Part shown: in pieces, positions 1 to 10,517 of the stretch
Numbering within the stretch: the stretch's first letter is position 1
Layout: every line of letters starts with the position of its first letter
IMG/VR virus record: IMGVR_UViG_3300033153_008411
Coordinates: 1 to 63,346 of that record
Length of the DNA: 63,346 nt
Origin: a virus
Lineage: Duplodnaviria > Caudoviricetes
Reading direction: 5' to 3' (one strand)
The notes under the pieces: generated by a model
The model's database searches: none
What the model was told of the DNA's origin: nothing
What the model saw: only the letters and a program-made list of their open reading frames with translations
Translations under genes and position numbers: made by a program

Positions 1-3000
1 GGATCTGTTGGAATAGTTTGTAAAGTAACAATTAAATCAAATTGATTTTTTACATGACCAAATACTGAGTTTGTTGAATAAGCACCATCACCCCACATCT
101 CATCTAAAAAATCATTCCACCAACAGTACGATTCTGCGTATGTACCTGTCCATGTATAAATTGGTAATGACCCAAATTGTTCAGAATAATTTTCTTCAAT
201 TTTATATGATGTAGCATTCATTCTTAAACGAACATCTAAACTTGAAAGGGGAGTATCCACCCACGCATATACTGTTCTTGAAGTTGAATCTTTACATACA
301 AATGCTGATCCTTGATCAGGAAAATTAGAAGTTCTTGCACTCGAAAAAGCTATATAAGTTGTTTGATCACCACTTGCACCCAATAATGTTCCAACCCACG
401 CTGATTTAGTTGGTGTTGTTACTCTTTTAGTTGTCGTTCCGGTATATGGAGATCCTGGCCCTTCAGCTAATGCAAATCTTGCATTTTCGTATCTAGGTGA
501 TAGATCAAATGTCCATCTCTTGTGCATTAAAGTAGACCACAATAAAGTCGAGACTGTATCTGGTGAAGCACCCGTAAAATATTTGTCTTGAATTTCTCGG
601 TGATCTCCAGCTAACAAATCGTCGATTGTTTTACTGTAAGCCGTTTGTATAGATTCTTCGTTTCCGTTAGTAGCTGGTTTTAATGGATTAAGATATATAT
701 CTGGATAAGTCGGTAAATCATCTGTATCATCAGCCCCTTCAGCACTGCTTGATTTTAAGTCTGGATTACCGGATTCAATAATATCATCTGACCCGGTTGG
801 ATCTAACCAACCCATCAAGGATAAAAATTCAGTATCATCTATTGTGGTACAATCCTTGCCTGTGGCATCACCTGAATATACCCAACCTGATTTTTGTTGT
901 AACCCGTGACAAACAATTCTTAATTCAGCCCACGTTGTATAGTCTGTTTTTTTTCGGAGTAATAATACTTCATCTAGTACATTAGGAGTTGTTACGATTC
1001 CGCCAGATACATCGAATCGTAGCATTGTTACAGTCTCACCAGAAAGTGTATCATCTGATAATAAAGTAAATCCTAATTGTTCATACGTAGTATCGAATGT
1101 TGTTAATTCAGTTAAATATCCGTACTCAACTAATACTTCCCAATCTTCAGTCGGGTATGTAGTAAATGTCAAAGCTGTAATTGCTGAAGTCGTAGCAGTT
1201 CCGGCTATTGTTACACCATCGTACGAACCTGATATAATACCAGCGTTTGTGCATGTTGCAGCTTCGTAAGTATCTGTTTCATTCCTGAATTTTATTTTAA
1301 TAGAATCTAATGCAACTGTTCGGGCTACTGCTTCAGAGTCTTCAAAATCGTAAGTTGACGATCCGGTTAAATCTGTTAAATTAAAAACATTAGCGTTCAG
1401 TTTTCCAAATGTCATTCCACTTTCGACTGATGTAACTAAAGTTGCGTACTTTACAACTATATCATCAGCGTCTATTGCTTGACCTTTCATGAATTTTAAT
1501 ACTAGTTCTTTTGAACTTGATGTATAAGTACAATTCGCAACATCAAGATAAATCGACATGAAAGATCCAACGTCTGTACCCGCCCCTATTTGTTCGTCGT
1601 TTTGCCAGATCTGAAAACTAATAGGTGCCGCATCTGTTGCTAAAGTTTTTTCAAAAGTTTTGTCTGTATTATTCCATACTAATGTCTCTGTTGTTAAACT
1701 ATCATAGTCTGTCGTATCTTCTGTAAATGCTAATGTCATTGTAGTATTATTAGCTAATGAGGTAGCGGCTGTACAATTTGCATTAGGTGCTGTTGCAGTA
1801 TCCCACTCAAAGACTAAATCATTCCATAAGGATGCTTCAGTATCGTAACCAAAAATTTTTACGTAATTAAATGCGGCTGTTGTTGTATTATACAATGAAC
1901 AATCTATCAGTAATGGCCAAGTTGGTATTATTTTAGAAGTATATATTAAAGTGTCACCATCATCAGCGTAATAGTTCACTTCATTATCAACAATTTCAAT
2001 TGAAAAAGGATTATGTAATTCATAGCTTTCACCAAAATCTAAATCAATTATATTGACTCCATTTTCGTATACATAAACTTTATCACTTTGTGCTGTATCC
2101 CAATATAAAGTGTAATCTATATCCGTAGAATTATCTGGATTGCCGTTCGTGATTCCTATCATTCTACTTGTTGAATTTTCCGAAACATCAACTTTTAATC
2201 TAAGACCTTGTTCAGTGTACGTTGTATTTGAACTTGCTCCAGCATCAGACCATGTAGTATCTGATCCACCCGATTTGTACAACCGTGTTTCTTTGTACTT
2301 GAGTGTTATTGTTTTAGTACCTAGATTTAGATTCGAATTATCTTCGTCTATACAAATTCCTGTTGATGTATTCCCGGCTGGTACATTTACAATATTTCCG
2401 TGTGAATCAATTGATCCTAATTGATATGTACTTGCCTTGACTTGTGCAATTTCTGTATCATCACCTGTATAATAGATATCTTCGTAATCAAGAATAGTTT
2501 CAAACCCGCTTTCAAGTAATAATAAATTAGCAAATTTTTCTTCTATTTCTTCGATGAATGTCGGATTTGCTGTAGCATCTGCATCGTTTTCATTGACAAG
2601 CACTAAGTCGGTTTTATGTCTAGTTGCGAAAAAATTTCCCCAATAATCTTCGTGTGTACTTGTCAATGAAAAAGTTTTTCCATCGGATAACTCGTACGAT
2701 GTATCATAGTTGTTCCCTGAGATTTCTGGTCCTTTAGTAACGCTTGCAACTGTTTGAGTATAATCATTCGTAAAATTGTTAGTCTGAAAATGATCTTCAT
2801 CAGATGCTCCATTCAAAACAGCTCTTTGTTGTGCTAGTTCTTTACAATTTTCGTATTGAGTTTTTGCACTCGAACCAATATCAGCGGCAACGGCATCACC
2901 TAAACTTTCTATTGTTTCTTCAGCTAATAACATTTTATCAAAAATATCCAGCCTAGCTGTAACAACTTGATTTGGTAGATCTGTTAATTTACTTTGTAAA

Positions 3001-3029
3001 TCTATAATTTTTTCTTCTATTTTTCCCAT
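1..3029 (-). CDS. Large virion structural protein (>1000 aa), truncated by the window edge; contains a SPRY/ConA-like beta-domain
   Basis: Not in the ORF track because it has no stop. ATG at 3029 (MGKIEEKIIDLQ); the same frame was open at every point I spot-checked down to base 3. Thr/Asp-rich; shares a domain with 14906-18289. Confidence 0.75.
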   Translation of the reverse strand, partial: MGKIEEKIIDLQSKLTDLPNQVVTARLDIFDKMLLAEETIESLGDAVAADIGSSAKTQYENCKELAQQRAVLNGASDEDHFQTNNFTNDYTQTVASVTKGPEISGNNYDTSYELSDGKTFSLTSTHEDYWGNFFATRHKTDLVLVNENDADATANPTFIEEIEEKFANLLLLESGFETILDYEDIYYTGDDTEIAQVKASTYQLGSIDSHGNIVNVPAGNTSTGICIDEDNSNLNLGTKTITLKYKETRLYKSGGSDTTWSDAGASSNTTYTEQGLRLKVDVSENSTSRMIGITNGNPDNSTDIDYTLYWDTAQSDKVYVYENGVNIIDLDFGESYELHNPFSIEIVDNEVNYYADDGDTLIYTSKIIPTWPLLIDCSLYNTTTAAFNYVKIFGYDTEASLWNDLVFEWDTATAPNANCTAATSLANNTTMTLAFTEDTTDYDSLTTETLVWNNTDKTFEKTLATDAAPISFQIWQNDEQIGAGTDVGSFMSIYLDVANCTYTSSSKELVLKFMKGQAIDADDIVVKYATLVTSVESGMTFGKLNANVFNLTDLTGSSTYDFEDSEAVARTVALDSIKIKFRNETDTYEAATCTNAGIISGSYDGVTIAGTATTSAITALTFTTYPTEDWEVLVEYGYLTELTTFDTTYEQLGFTLLSDDTLSGETVTMLRFDVSGGIVTTPNVLDEVLLLRKKTDYTTWAELRIVCHGLQQKSGWVYSGDATGKDCTTIDDTEFLSLMGWLDPTGSDDIIESGNPDLKSSSAEGADDTDDLPTYPDIYLNPLKPATNGNEESIQTAYSKTIDDLLAGDHREIQDKYFTGASPDTVSTLLWSTLMHKRWTFDLSPRYENARFALAEGPGSPYTGTTTKRVTTPTKSAWVGTLLGASGDQTTYIAFSSARTSNFPDQGSAFVCKDSTSRTVYAWVDTPLSSLDVRLRMNATSYKIEENYSEQFGSLPIYTWTGTYAESYCWWNDFLDEMWGDGAYSTNSVFGHVKNQFDLIVTLQTIPTD

Positions 3030-3035
3030 GTTCTT

Positions 3036-3521
3036 TTATTGTAATGGACCCATCGGTGGAATAAAATCTGGTCCGACACCAGTTCCATAAACCTGTCCAG
3101 TTTTTGTGTAATCGTCAATTGCACCGGCTAATTTTTGTGCGTGATCTGTAAATTTATTAAATTCACTAAAGGCATCTTGCAACCCACTTTTAAGAACTGC
3201 TTTTTGAGCACTCGACATTCCGCCTATTCCGTGTTTACCACCCGTGATGATAATAGCTAAAAAACCACTATCGATAGCATCGGCCATTTTGTTTGCCGCT
3301 TCGCTGTTCTTTTTAAATCCGTTATTCACTTCACTTAATCCAGCTATAAGAATCGGTTTTGCTGGTGCTGCATTTACTGATCCACCCAGATTAGATAAAC
3401 CCATACTCCAATAATCTGCTATTGCATTAGCAAGACCTTTTGCATTTGTTATTCCCATTTTATTAAATTTACTGTACATATCTGTTAATGCACCTTGTAG
3501 TGTTGCTTTAATTAGTGGCAT
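3036..3521 (-). CDS. Hypothetical baseplate-region protein with three internal helical repeats
   Basis: Likely start MPLIKAT at 3521, right after the upstream stop; repeats of the form LxxGL..F.K....A.K.A.AIDxY. Confidence 0.65.
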   Translation of the reverse strand: MPLIKATLQGALTDMYSKFNKMGITNAKGLANAIADYWSMGLSNLGGSVNAAPAKPILIAGLSEVNNGFKKNSEAANKMADAIDSGFLAIIITGGKHGIGGMSSAQKAVLKSGLQDAFSEFNKFTDHAQKLAGAIDDYTKTGQVYGTGVGPDFIPPMGPLQ

Positions 3522-3522
3522 A

Positions 3523-4806
3523 TTAACCTGAAAAGAAAACTTTTTTAGATAATAATTTTGGTAAAGGTGCTTTAATTGCAACACCAGTATCACCATTTGT
3601 TCCGAAATGTTTATGATCTTTCAGCCAATTTAATGTATCTGATCCTAATAATATACTTTCACTTGCGCTACTCGATCCTAAAGATACCGTTTTAGCATCC
3701 AAGACAGCACTAATTAATCCTTTTAATGTTGCTACTCCAGCGAGTGTTAAAGATAATTGAGATGAGGCACCACCCGGCCCGCAACTTTGTGTAATATTTC
3801 CGACTGTTGCTTCTACTACCCAATTTCCAAGTTGTACACTAAGAACATACGTATCAGGCGAAGGTAATTGACTAACCCCTGAGATAACATCTGTTCTAAT
3901 TCCAACTACTGAATACAAAGAATCACCAGCTGATACAAAATTTAATCCATCTTGTGCTGTAAGATAAATTCCATCAGCTGCAATTGTCCTAGCACCCATT
4001 ACTTTTTCTTCGTACCCACCATCAACTAATAATGTTTGGCTTGATACGTTGTACACAATTTCTGGTGCTTCTAGTATAATTCTTGTCTTTGATTTTATTC
4101 CTACATCTCCACCCGCATCGACAATATACGCTTGTTTCATTTCGAACACAAAATTACTACTTGATGTGAATACTCCCTCTTTAAAAGAAGCAGTCAAAAA
4201 AGCATCGGCGTTTAATCGTATACTTCCGTTCGAAGAAACGTAAAAATCTTTACCAGTAGAAAAAACAAAATCTTGTTGAGCTGAAATTTGTCCACGTTTA
4301 CCTTTAATTCCTAATGAATAATCACCACCGACAATGTACTCTAAATGACCACCGACTAAATTAGTAAAATCATCTTTTGTTTTAATTATGTATGACCCAT
4401 CTGGCCGCATTTCCCAATACGTACCTGTTGTATGCAATAAACGAATTCTTTCGTTGTTTAAAGTATAATCATACAGGAATTGTAACCTTTTTGTTGGATC
4501 GTCTCGTTTCTTTCGATCAAATAAAACACTGACAGTATCCGACTCTGTGTATTCTGTTAATGGTGTTGGTTCACCTAATGCGAACGCATCACTTACTGGT
4601 TGTGTCACGATTGCACCATCAGGTAAAACTTCTACTCCGACTGTCTCAATTGGTATATTTTCAAGAATAATATTTTCAAAAATTTCTTTGTCGGGTGTAT
4701 CAAGAACATTAATACTCGGATTTGGTATTACATTACCATCAGCATCGGTACTAATAATCTGTGATTGCTCTGATACACTAGATTTAATTTCTAATTTTTC
4801 TGCCAT
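3523..4806 (-). CDS. gp5-like baseplate central spike, C-terminal beta-helix portion
   Basis: RIRLLHTTGTYWEMRPDGS resembles the T4 gp5 RIHxxHxSGTxxEIxPDG motif; VxG beta-repeats; C-terminal HKH apex. Confidence 0.7.
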   Translation of the reverse strand: MAEKLEIKSSVSEQSQIISTDADGNVIPNPSINVLDTPDKEIFENIILENIPIETVGVEVLPDGAIVTQPVSDAFALGEPTPLTEYTESDTVSVLFDRKKRDDPTKRLQFLYDYTLNNERIRLLHTTGTYWEMRPDGSYIIKTKDDFTNLVGGHLEYIVGGDYSLGIKGKRGQISAQQDFVFSTGKDFYVSSNGSIRLNADAFLTASFKEGVFTSSSNFVFEMKQAYIVDAGGDVGIKSKTRIILEAPEIVYNVSSQTLLVDGGYEEKVMGARTIAADGIYLTAQDGLNFVSAGDSLYSVVGIRTDVISGVSQLPSPDTYVLSVQLGNWVVEATVGNITQSCGPGGASSQLSLTLAGVATLKGLISAVLDAKTVSLGSSSASESILLGSDTLNWLKDHKHFGTNGDTGVAIKAPLPKLLSKKVFFSG

Positions 4807-5198
4807 TAAGCTTCCGTCTTTTCTGGTATACTACTTTGTACAAGTACAAATTCATCTTGTTTTTCTAGAATCGTCTGTGTTGAATATCGCACAAATCCTA
4901 ACCACACAATAAACATCGGATTTCTTGGATTTGGAAACATCACCCAAACCCAATCGTTAAGTTCTGGTAATTCTGCCTTTGCTCGAATAGGTGAACAATG
5001 AGTTGCCCATATTCCATAATCATCTGGTTCAATTCCTAGTTTATCAAGGATATTTTCGTCTGTTAAGTCTTCGTGAACTCCTAATACACGAACTAAAATT
5101 CTTTCTTGATTTTTTGGATCTTTGACTTTTATTACTTTTGCAACTTTAAGACCGTTTAAGTCCATTCGAGTTACAAAAGGCATTTCATCTATTTTCAT
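4806..5198 (-). CDS. gp5-like N-terminal OB-fold protein
   Basis: KVIKVKDPKNQERILVRVLGVH...WA...P...WVWVMF...P..LG is the gp5/gpV OB-domain pattern. Confidence 0.75.
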   Translation of the reverse strand: MKIDEMPFVTRMDLNGLKVAKVIKVKDPKNQERILVRVLGVHEDLTDENILDKLGIEPDDYGIWATHCSPIRAKAELPELNDWVWVMFPNPRNPMFIVWLGFVRYSTQTILEKQDEFVLVQSSIPEKTEA

Positions 5199-6658
5199 AT
5201 TATGAACCCCGGCCCTTCACTTATATCTAAATTTTCTAGATCGCTTTTACTTGCCTTGTCAAAATCTTCATCTGTTTGTTCTTGGCTATCCCATGTTAAG
5301 GCATTTTCATTTTGAAAATTGTTGTATCCTTCACGAACTACTACAATAGAATTTGAATAAAATTTTCTTTTTATTACGTGTACATTTTCCTTGACAAGAT
5401 ACCGTCCAGATAGTTGTGGATCTTTTGCATCACCTGATTCAGCTTTAGGAACAATAATTTGAATTTGTCTACCGATCTTTTTTGTCTCTGGATCTCCTTC
5501 TGTTAAAATATTTAGCTTTAACATGTCGGCCATTAACAAAGATGTTTTCGTGGCGGCTTTTCCTTTAGTCATTAAATCTGTATCGTAATCTTTTGTTCCG
5601 TCTGGTGCAATCACTGTGTTGGTATTCGGATAATCAAACGCACTCTTTAACGTTCCGAAATTGTCATGAAGTAAGAATTTTCGTACTGGAAATCCTTCTG
5701 ATAATCTCCACTGTTGAAAAGGTTCATCACCACCGGCAACATTTCTTATCGGTAAAGCAACACCTTTGTCGAAATCAAATCCCATAGTAGTTGAATTAGC
5801 AACTCCAGTATCGGCAATAATTGCCGCATCAAATGATTGCATTACTTCGATATTATGTATTCTGTATATACTATGCTGATCGGGTACTTTTGTTGATAAA
5901 ACAGATGCCTCTTCGAATTCATTCCTTGATAGAGTTTCATCGTTTGTGGTATAGTTATCATCATCTTGCATTAAAAAATCTAATGGTGCGAAATTAATCC
6001 AATTACCACCACCCGGATTTTCTTTTATATTTGTCCATAATACGTACGCTCCACTTGTATGATCTTCTGTGGCATCCTCTTGTTTTCGAATAGCTATTGA
6101 CATCAAATAATTCAAAGATTCCATGATAGTCCATTTTGGAGTAATGAATCTTTCAATAGTCCCTTCAGTTTCGATCCACATTTCATCATTCGGAACACCA
6201 CCACAAGTTTCAACTAAATCTTTTACTATATCACTAATTTTCCATCCTTCACCATCAACTGAATTTGATTTGGTATAAGCTTTAGTCATCTTCATAGTGA
6301 AAGCATTTACTGACCACCGGGTTTCGAAATTTACAGCAATAGCATTATGTATTGAAGTATCGACTGTTGTAATAATGTCACCGTGACCATTTGAAACAAT
6401 AAAATTAGTACCTGAAAAATGAAAATTTTGTTCACGAATTTTCATATGTAAATTGATTTCGTCGTATCCAATAAGTTGAGTTTGTAATTTGATATCATCG
6501 AAATCCTGTAAAACGACACGTCCGGTTATACCCGGATAATCTAATTGTTCTTCTATCTCGACTTCAACAATTTTTGATGTATCAACTTGATAACCGTTCA
6601 GTGAAAATCGTTCGTACGTGATCTGAGGTTCTGATATATTTAAAGGTTCTTGTGTCAT
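5195..6658 (-). CDS. Baseplate hub protein (gp27-like)
   Basis: Position between gp53 and gp5; motifs EVEIEEQLDYPGITGRVVLQD and LSGRYLVKENVHVI. Confidence 0.6.
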   Translation of the reverse strand: MTQEPLNISEPQITYERFSLNGYQVDTSKIVEVEIEEQLDYPGITGRVVLQDFDDIKLQTQLIGYDEINLHMKIREQNFHFSGTNFIVSNGHGDIITTVDTSIHNAIAVNFETRWSVNAFTMKMTKAYTKSNSVDGEGWKISDIVKDLVETCGGVPNDEMWIETEGTIERFITPKWTIMESLNYLMSIAIRKQEDATEDHTSGAYVLWTNIKENPGGGNWINFAPLDFLMQDDDNYTTNDETLSRNEFEEASVLSTKVPDQHSIYRIHNIEVMQSFDAAIIADTGVANSTTMGFDFDKGVALPIRNVAGGDEPFQQWRLSEGFPVRKFLLHDNFGTLKSAFDYPNTNTVIAPDGTKDYDTDLMTKGKAATKTSLLMADMLKLNILTEGDPETKKIGRQIQIIVPKAESGDAKDPQLSGRYLVKENVHVIKRKFYSNSIVVVREGYNNFQNENALTWDSQEQTDEDFDKASKSDLENLDISEGPGFII

Positions 6659-7191
6659 TATAAATTAAGATTCACGTTTAGTGTATTCGTAAAAACCCTT
6701 GATTTAAACTGTTCAATTAATTCGTACAGGTGTTCTATTTTTAGGACTTCGACTTTTCTTCTATTTTCGTTCCAATCAAATAATAATGTGTAGTATCCAT
6801 CACTCGAATATTTGTCTTCTATAGATGAATATAAATCCCTGAGTGTAATCAATTGGTCGTTCGTCAAAGGCCAATCGGTGAAACCATTATGCATATCGTT
6901 GAATAATACTATAGCCCACCAAAAATCTTCTGATCCGTAATATTTGATTGCTAAGTCTTCTGGCAATTCTCCCTCTTGAACATAATGAACCAGAAACGTT
7001 CCACCTTTTTCTTTGAACTGATCTATTAAATCGGCGTGTTCAAATATGTTTTTTACCGTGGCAATTACTGGTTGTTTGTTATTAAGATTCAGCGTAAATC
7101 TATCATCTGAATATTTAGTAATATAAGCATTTAGATTTATGGTTGTGTCGATTAACTGATCTGTAAAAGAATAATTTGGATATAATGGCAT
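6658..7191 (-). CDS. Baseplate wedge protein gp53-like
   Basis: YVQEGELPEDLAIKYYGSEDFWWAIVLFNDM...DWPL (LysM-like gp53 motif). Confidence 0.85.
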   Translation of the reverse strand: MPLYPNYSFTDQLIDTTINLNAYITKYSDDRFTLNLNNKQPVIATVKNIFEHADLIDQFKEKGGTFLVHYVQEGELPEDLAIKYYGSEDFWWAIVLFNDMHNGFTDWPLTNDQLITLRDLYSSIEDKYSSDGYYTLLFDWNENRRKVEVLKIEHLYELIEQFKSRVFTNTLNVNLNL

Positions 7192-7194
7192 TTG

Positions 7195-8115
7195 TTAATC
7201 CTTTTTTGTTGAAGATGGTGCCGATCTTGCATTCGGAAACATCGCTTTAAAACTTAAAGATAGTTTTGCATCTGTTGGTGCGAAATTAATTCCTCTTGCT
7301 GTTAGTTCATCTGAATTAAAATAAGTCATTGAATCAGCAAAATTTCCATACGATACTTTAAATGATTCAAGGACCATAAAACTGAATCCAAAAAAAGCAT
7401 TACTTCTGGCTGTTGTTACAGTAGGATTGAAAATACGGATATCAAATATAGGTGGATAACGATATGTATTCACTCCAGCTGCGTCTAATAAATCATTATC
7501 GTTATTTAAAAGATCGCCTAAAGTTAAACTTTCAAATATTGGTCTTGAAGAATTTCGAAAAAAATCTATAATATTTACCATCTGCTCGACTTCATCTATA
7601 TTCTTTGGCAAGAACGTGTATTCTAAAGGTAATTCAGCGTGACTTGTTCCTTTGTACGTCATAACTTCATTCGGTGCTAACGTCCTACCAAAATTTGCTG
7701 AGAACGATCCTTCGATTCCACCTAATCCCTTTAATCCTTCGGATGCCATTTTTGTTAAGAAAGCTGGTCCTGTATCTTTTAAAGCGGCTGTTGATAGAGA
7801 TTTCGCTATTCCGACTATTGATCCGAATTTATCTTCTGGGTTGAATGTCGCTTTACTGAATGCTTCTTTTACACCACCTATAGGAATTATATTTTCGTTC
7901 GACCATGTTGCATTAACTGCATCACCAAATCCACCGGGTATAGGTAATTGAAGTCTAGCGACAATTTCAGTCTCTTCGACGTTTGCATTAGCTGTCGTTT
8001 TGTTTGTTGTAGCTAATGCATATTGAGCTTGAGAAGGTGCTTTGTAATTCGAAGCAATTAATTCTAAATGCATTTTTGAACTTATTGTATCTGGATACTT
8101 ATATCTTACTGCCAT
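7195..8115 (-). CDS. Baseplate-tail tube junction protein gp48-like
   Basis: PNEVMTYKG..., YTFLPKNIDEVEQMVNIIDFFR, YPPIFDI, LSLSFK motifs. Confidence 0.75.
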   Translation of the reverse strand: MAVRYKYPDTISSKMHLELIASNYKAPSQAQYALATTNKTTANANVEETEIVARLQLPIPGGFGDAVNATWSNENIIPIGGVKEAFSKATFNPEDKFGSIVGIAKSLSTAALKDTGPAFLTKMASEGLKGLGGIEGSFSANFGRTLAPNEVMTYKGTSHAELPLEYTFLPKNIDEVEQMVNIIDFFRNSSRPIFESLTLGDLLNNDNDLLDAAGVNTYRYPPIFDIRIFNPTVTTARSNAFFGFSFMVLESFKVSYGNFADSMTYFNSDELTARGINFAPTDAKLSLSFKAMFPNARSAPSSTKKD

Positions 8116-8117
8116 AA

Positions 8118-10286
8118 TTAACCTTGTTGACTCATCATATTAATAACTTTTGATAATGAACTTTTATCTACTTTTCTACCTTCTGGAACACCGTGTGTAA
8201 TTGCTGCTCCACCATCGCTTGCTGTTTGTTGAACATTTTGTATCGTCGGTGCAAATACTCCTTTTACAGCATCCCAACCGGCTTCAATTTTAGATGCAAC
8301 TGAACTATCGGATTGTGGAATAGCATCTATTGTATCTGATCTCGTTTTTGCAACACCAGCTATTTGACCTACTCGTTCTGTACTCGATTTTACTATTGCA
8401 CCAGCGGCGGCGGCACCTTTCGTTTTAGACAGATAATCCATTTGTGCTTTAGCACTGGCCTTTTCTGTGAATCCTAACATGTCTGCAATTTCAGGTGCGT
8501 ACTTCTCAGCGAACCATCCACCAGCATATCGACCGGCTAATGTACCAGCGATTGTTGCACCCGGTATCGGAACAGCAAATCCAGCGGCGGCACCCATAAG
8601 TTCACCTATAACATTTCCGTAACGTGGAATTGTTTGTAAAGCGACTTCTCTCGGTGACATTCCGCTTTCAAGTAATTTTTTAGCATTTCCAGTAATTGAA
8701 CCAGCTTCTAATAATGCGAATAAGCTTGATAGTACAGGAATTCTTTTTAATAAATTTTTTGCTACTTTACCAAATCCTAATAGGATCTTGCTTGAATGTC
8801 TTGATAAGAATTTAACAGCACCACTCGGACCTTTTACTAAAGCTCCAGTTTTTGAAGCAATACTCGAACCAAAAGATTTGACTTTACTGAATATACTACC
8901 AGCGGCACCGGCTATTTTTTCTTTCGCTCCACCGATTGCCCCACCAATTGTTCCACCAATACTTTTTGCACCAGCACCACCACTAAAGAATTTACCGATA
9001 AATGGAAGTTTAGATAACCCGGACTTAAGCATACCCCAAATAGCACCACCGACATTTTTTAAACTTCCAAAGATCTTACCGGGTAAATTTTTTAAAGTTT
9101 GTATAAATGGTAATTTAAGTAATGCTTTTCCTAATGTTTTTCCTAATGCTAAACCAAGCCCACCTATTTTCTTTATTAAAAATAATGAAAGTTGTCCGAT
9201 TTTGAAAAAGACTTTACTGGCTATTCCAATGAATTTACCAATTTTTGCAATCGTTGGAAATTTCTTGAAGATCCATTCTTTGATGAATTTTCCACCTGAT
9301 GATAATAACATGAAAACTTGACTTAAGAATGATTTCTTTTCTGGTTCGTCTTTTTTACTGCCACCTACAGGTTTTTTTCCATCGACTCCTTTAGCACCGG
9401 CACTTTGAAGTATAATTGTATCAAGTTTTTGGTCCATAATATTAAGTTTTTCTAAGACCATTTCTTGCCAACTTGCACCACCCCTTTCAGCTATTCTTTC
9501 TTTAGCTCCAGCGATAACAGCATCTTCAGGATTAGCACCACCTATCGGTTTTACTCCATCTGCTTTTTGGGATTTTTTATTAGTATCAACCTTTAACCCT
9601 TGAAGCTTCTCGATATTTTTATTTAAGATATCGATTTTGTCTGGACTAATTTTTTTAATTAATTTATCGACGTTCTTGACTGCTTTATTAACGTTGACTT
9701 TGGATAATGCATCAATTGATTCAGCAAATGCTTTGATCTTTTCGAAATCACCACCTTCGGATATTGCTTGAAGATCATCTTTGAGTAACAATAGACTCTT
9801 GATGTTCTTCATTATACCTTTAATATCTTTATTCGTTATGTTCGTTAAGACCTCAACCTTCATCCCTATATTTGCAATCGCTTTTGTATCGATATCAGCG
9901 AAAACTTGAATAGATTTTTTTATTTGTGCCATTCGTTTAATGTACGTGGCACTCTGTTCGACCATTTTCGGGTCTGTTTCACCAATCTTTAATAAACTCT
10001 GGATCTTTTCATCTATATCTTTTGGTAATTTACCAATTGCTTCTAGTAAATCGGTGATTTCTTCAACGTTGATATTTTGAAGTTGATCAAGATTATTCTT
10101 TTTTAATTGACCCAAATTCTTAATAACAGTAGAAAAATCTTTTTTCATATCTGTCATCTGTTCAACTACTTCAACGATCTTTTCAAGATTCTCGATGATA
10201 TGCCCGGACTTCGAATTCTTTCCGGCTACTTTATCCAGAAGTACGATCTCATTTCTTATTGATTGTAATGTTTTATCTTCAGCCAT
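8118..10286 (-). CDS. Tape measure protein (gp29-like)
   Basis: 722 aa; coiled-coil N-terminus followed by Gly/Ala/Lys-rich amphipathic segments; lies after the chaperone gene. Confidence 0.7.
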   Translation of the reverse strand: MAEDKTLQSIRNEIVLLDKVAGKNSKSGHIIENLEKIVEVVEQMTDMKKDFSTVIKNLGQLKKNNLDQLQNINVEEITDLLEAIGKLPKDIDEKIQSLLKIGETDPKMVEQSATYIKRMAQIKKSIQVFADIDTKAIANIGMKVEVLTNITNKDIKGIMKNIKSLLLLKDDLQAISEGGDFEKIKAFAESIDALSKVNVNKAVKNVDKLIKKISPDKIDILNKNIEKLQGLKVDTNKKSQKADGVKPIGGANPEDAVIAGAKERIAERGGASWQEMVLEKLNIMDQKLDTIILQSAGAKGVDGKKPVGGSKKDEPEKKSFLSQVFMLLSSGGKFIKEWIFKKFPTIAKIGKFIGIASKVFFKIGQLSLFLIKKIGGLGLALGKTLGKALLKLPFIQTLKNLPGKIFGSLKNVGGAIWGMLKSGLSKLPFIGKFFSGGAGAKSIGGTIGGAIGGAKEKIAGAAGSIFSKVKSFGSSIASKTGALVKGPSGAVKFLSRHSSKILLGFGKVAKNLLKRIPVLSSLFALLEAGSITGNAKKLLESGMSPREVALQTIPRYGNVIGELMGAAAGFAVPIPGATIAGTLAGRYAGGWFAEKYAPEIADMLGFTEKASAKAQMDYLSKTKGAAAAGAIVKSSTERVGQIAGVAKTRSDTIDAIPQSDSSVASKIEAGWDAVKGVFAPTIQNVQQTASDGGAAITHGVPEGRKVDKSSLSKVINMMSQQG

Positions 10287-10319
10287 ATTTGCCTTGTTGA
10301 GATTGGGGATACCGTCAAT

Positions 10320-10517
10320 CTATCTTAATGAATTATTAAGTGCTTCTAATCGTTTTCTTTCTTCTTCTCGAATCTTAAAATCGTTTACTGTTTGGTAATA
10401 ATACAGTTCCCATTCGTACGGAAACATTTCTTTTTGTTCTGTTATACTATAATTTCCGTGTTGCTTCATAAAATGCGATAATGTGTAAAAGTTAGTTAAA
10501 GTGGTATCCCTAGTTAA
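10320..10517 (-). CDS. gp51-like C-terminal extension, probably reached by -1 frameshift from 10514-11323
   Basis: 65-codon open frame LTRDTTLTNFYTLSHFMKQHGNYSITEQKEMFPYEWELYY... resembles the T4-like YSLTELENMIPWER motif; not in the ORF track. Confidence 0.65.
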   Translation of the reverse strand, partial: LTRDTTLTNFYTLSHFMKQHGNYSITEQKEMFPYEWELYYYQTVNDFKIREEERKRLEALNNSLR

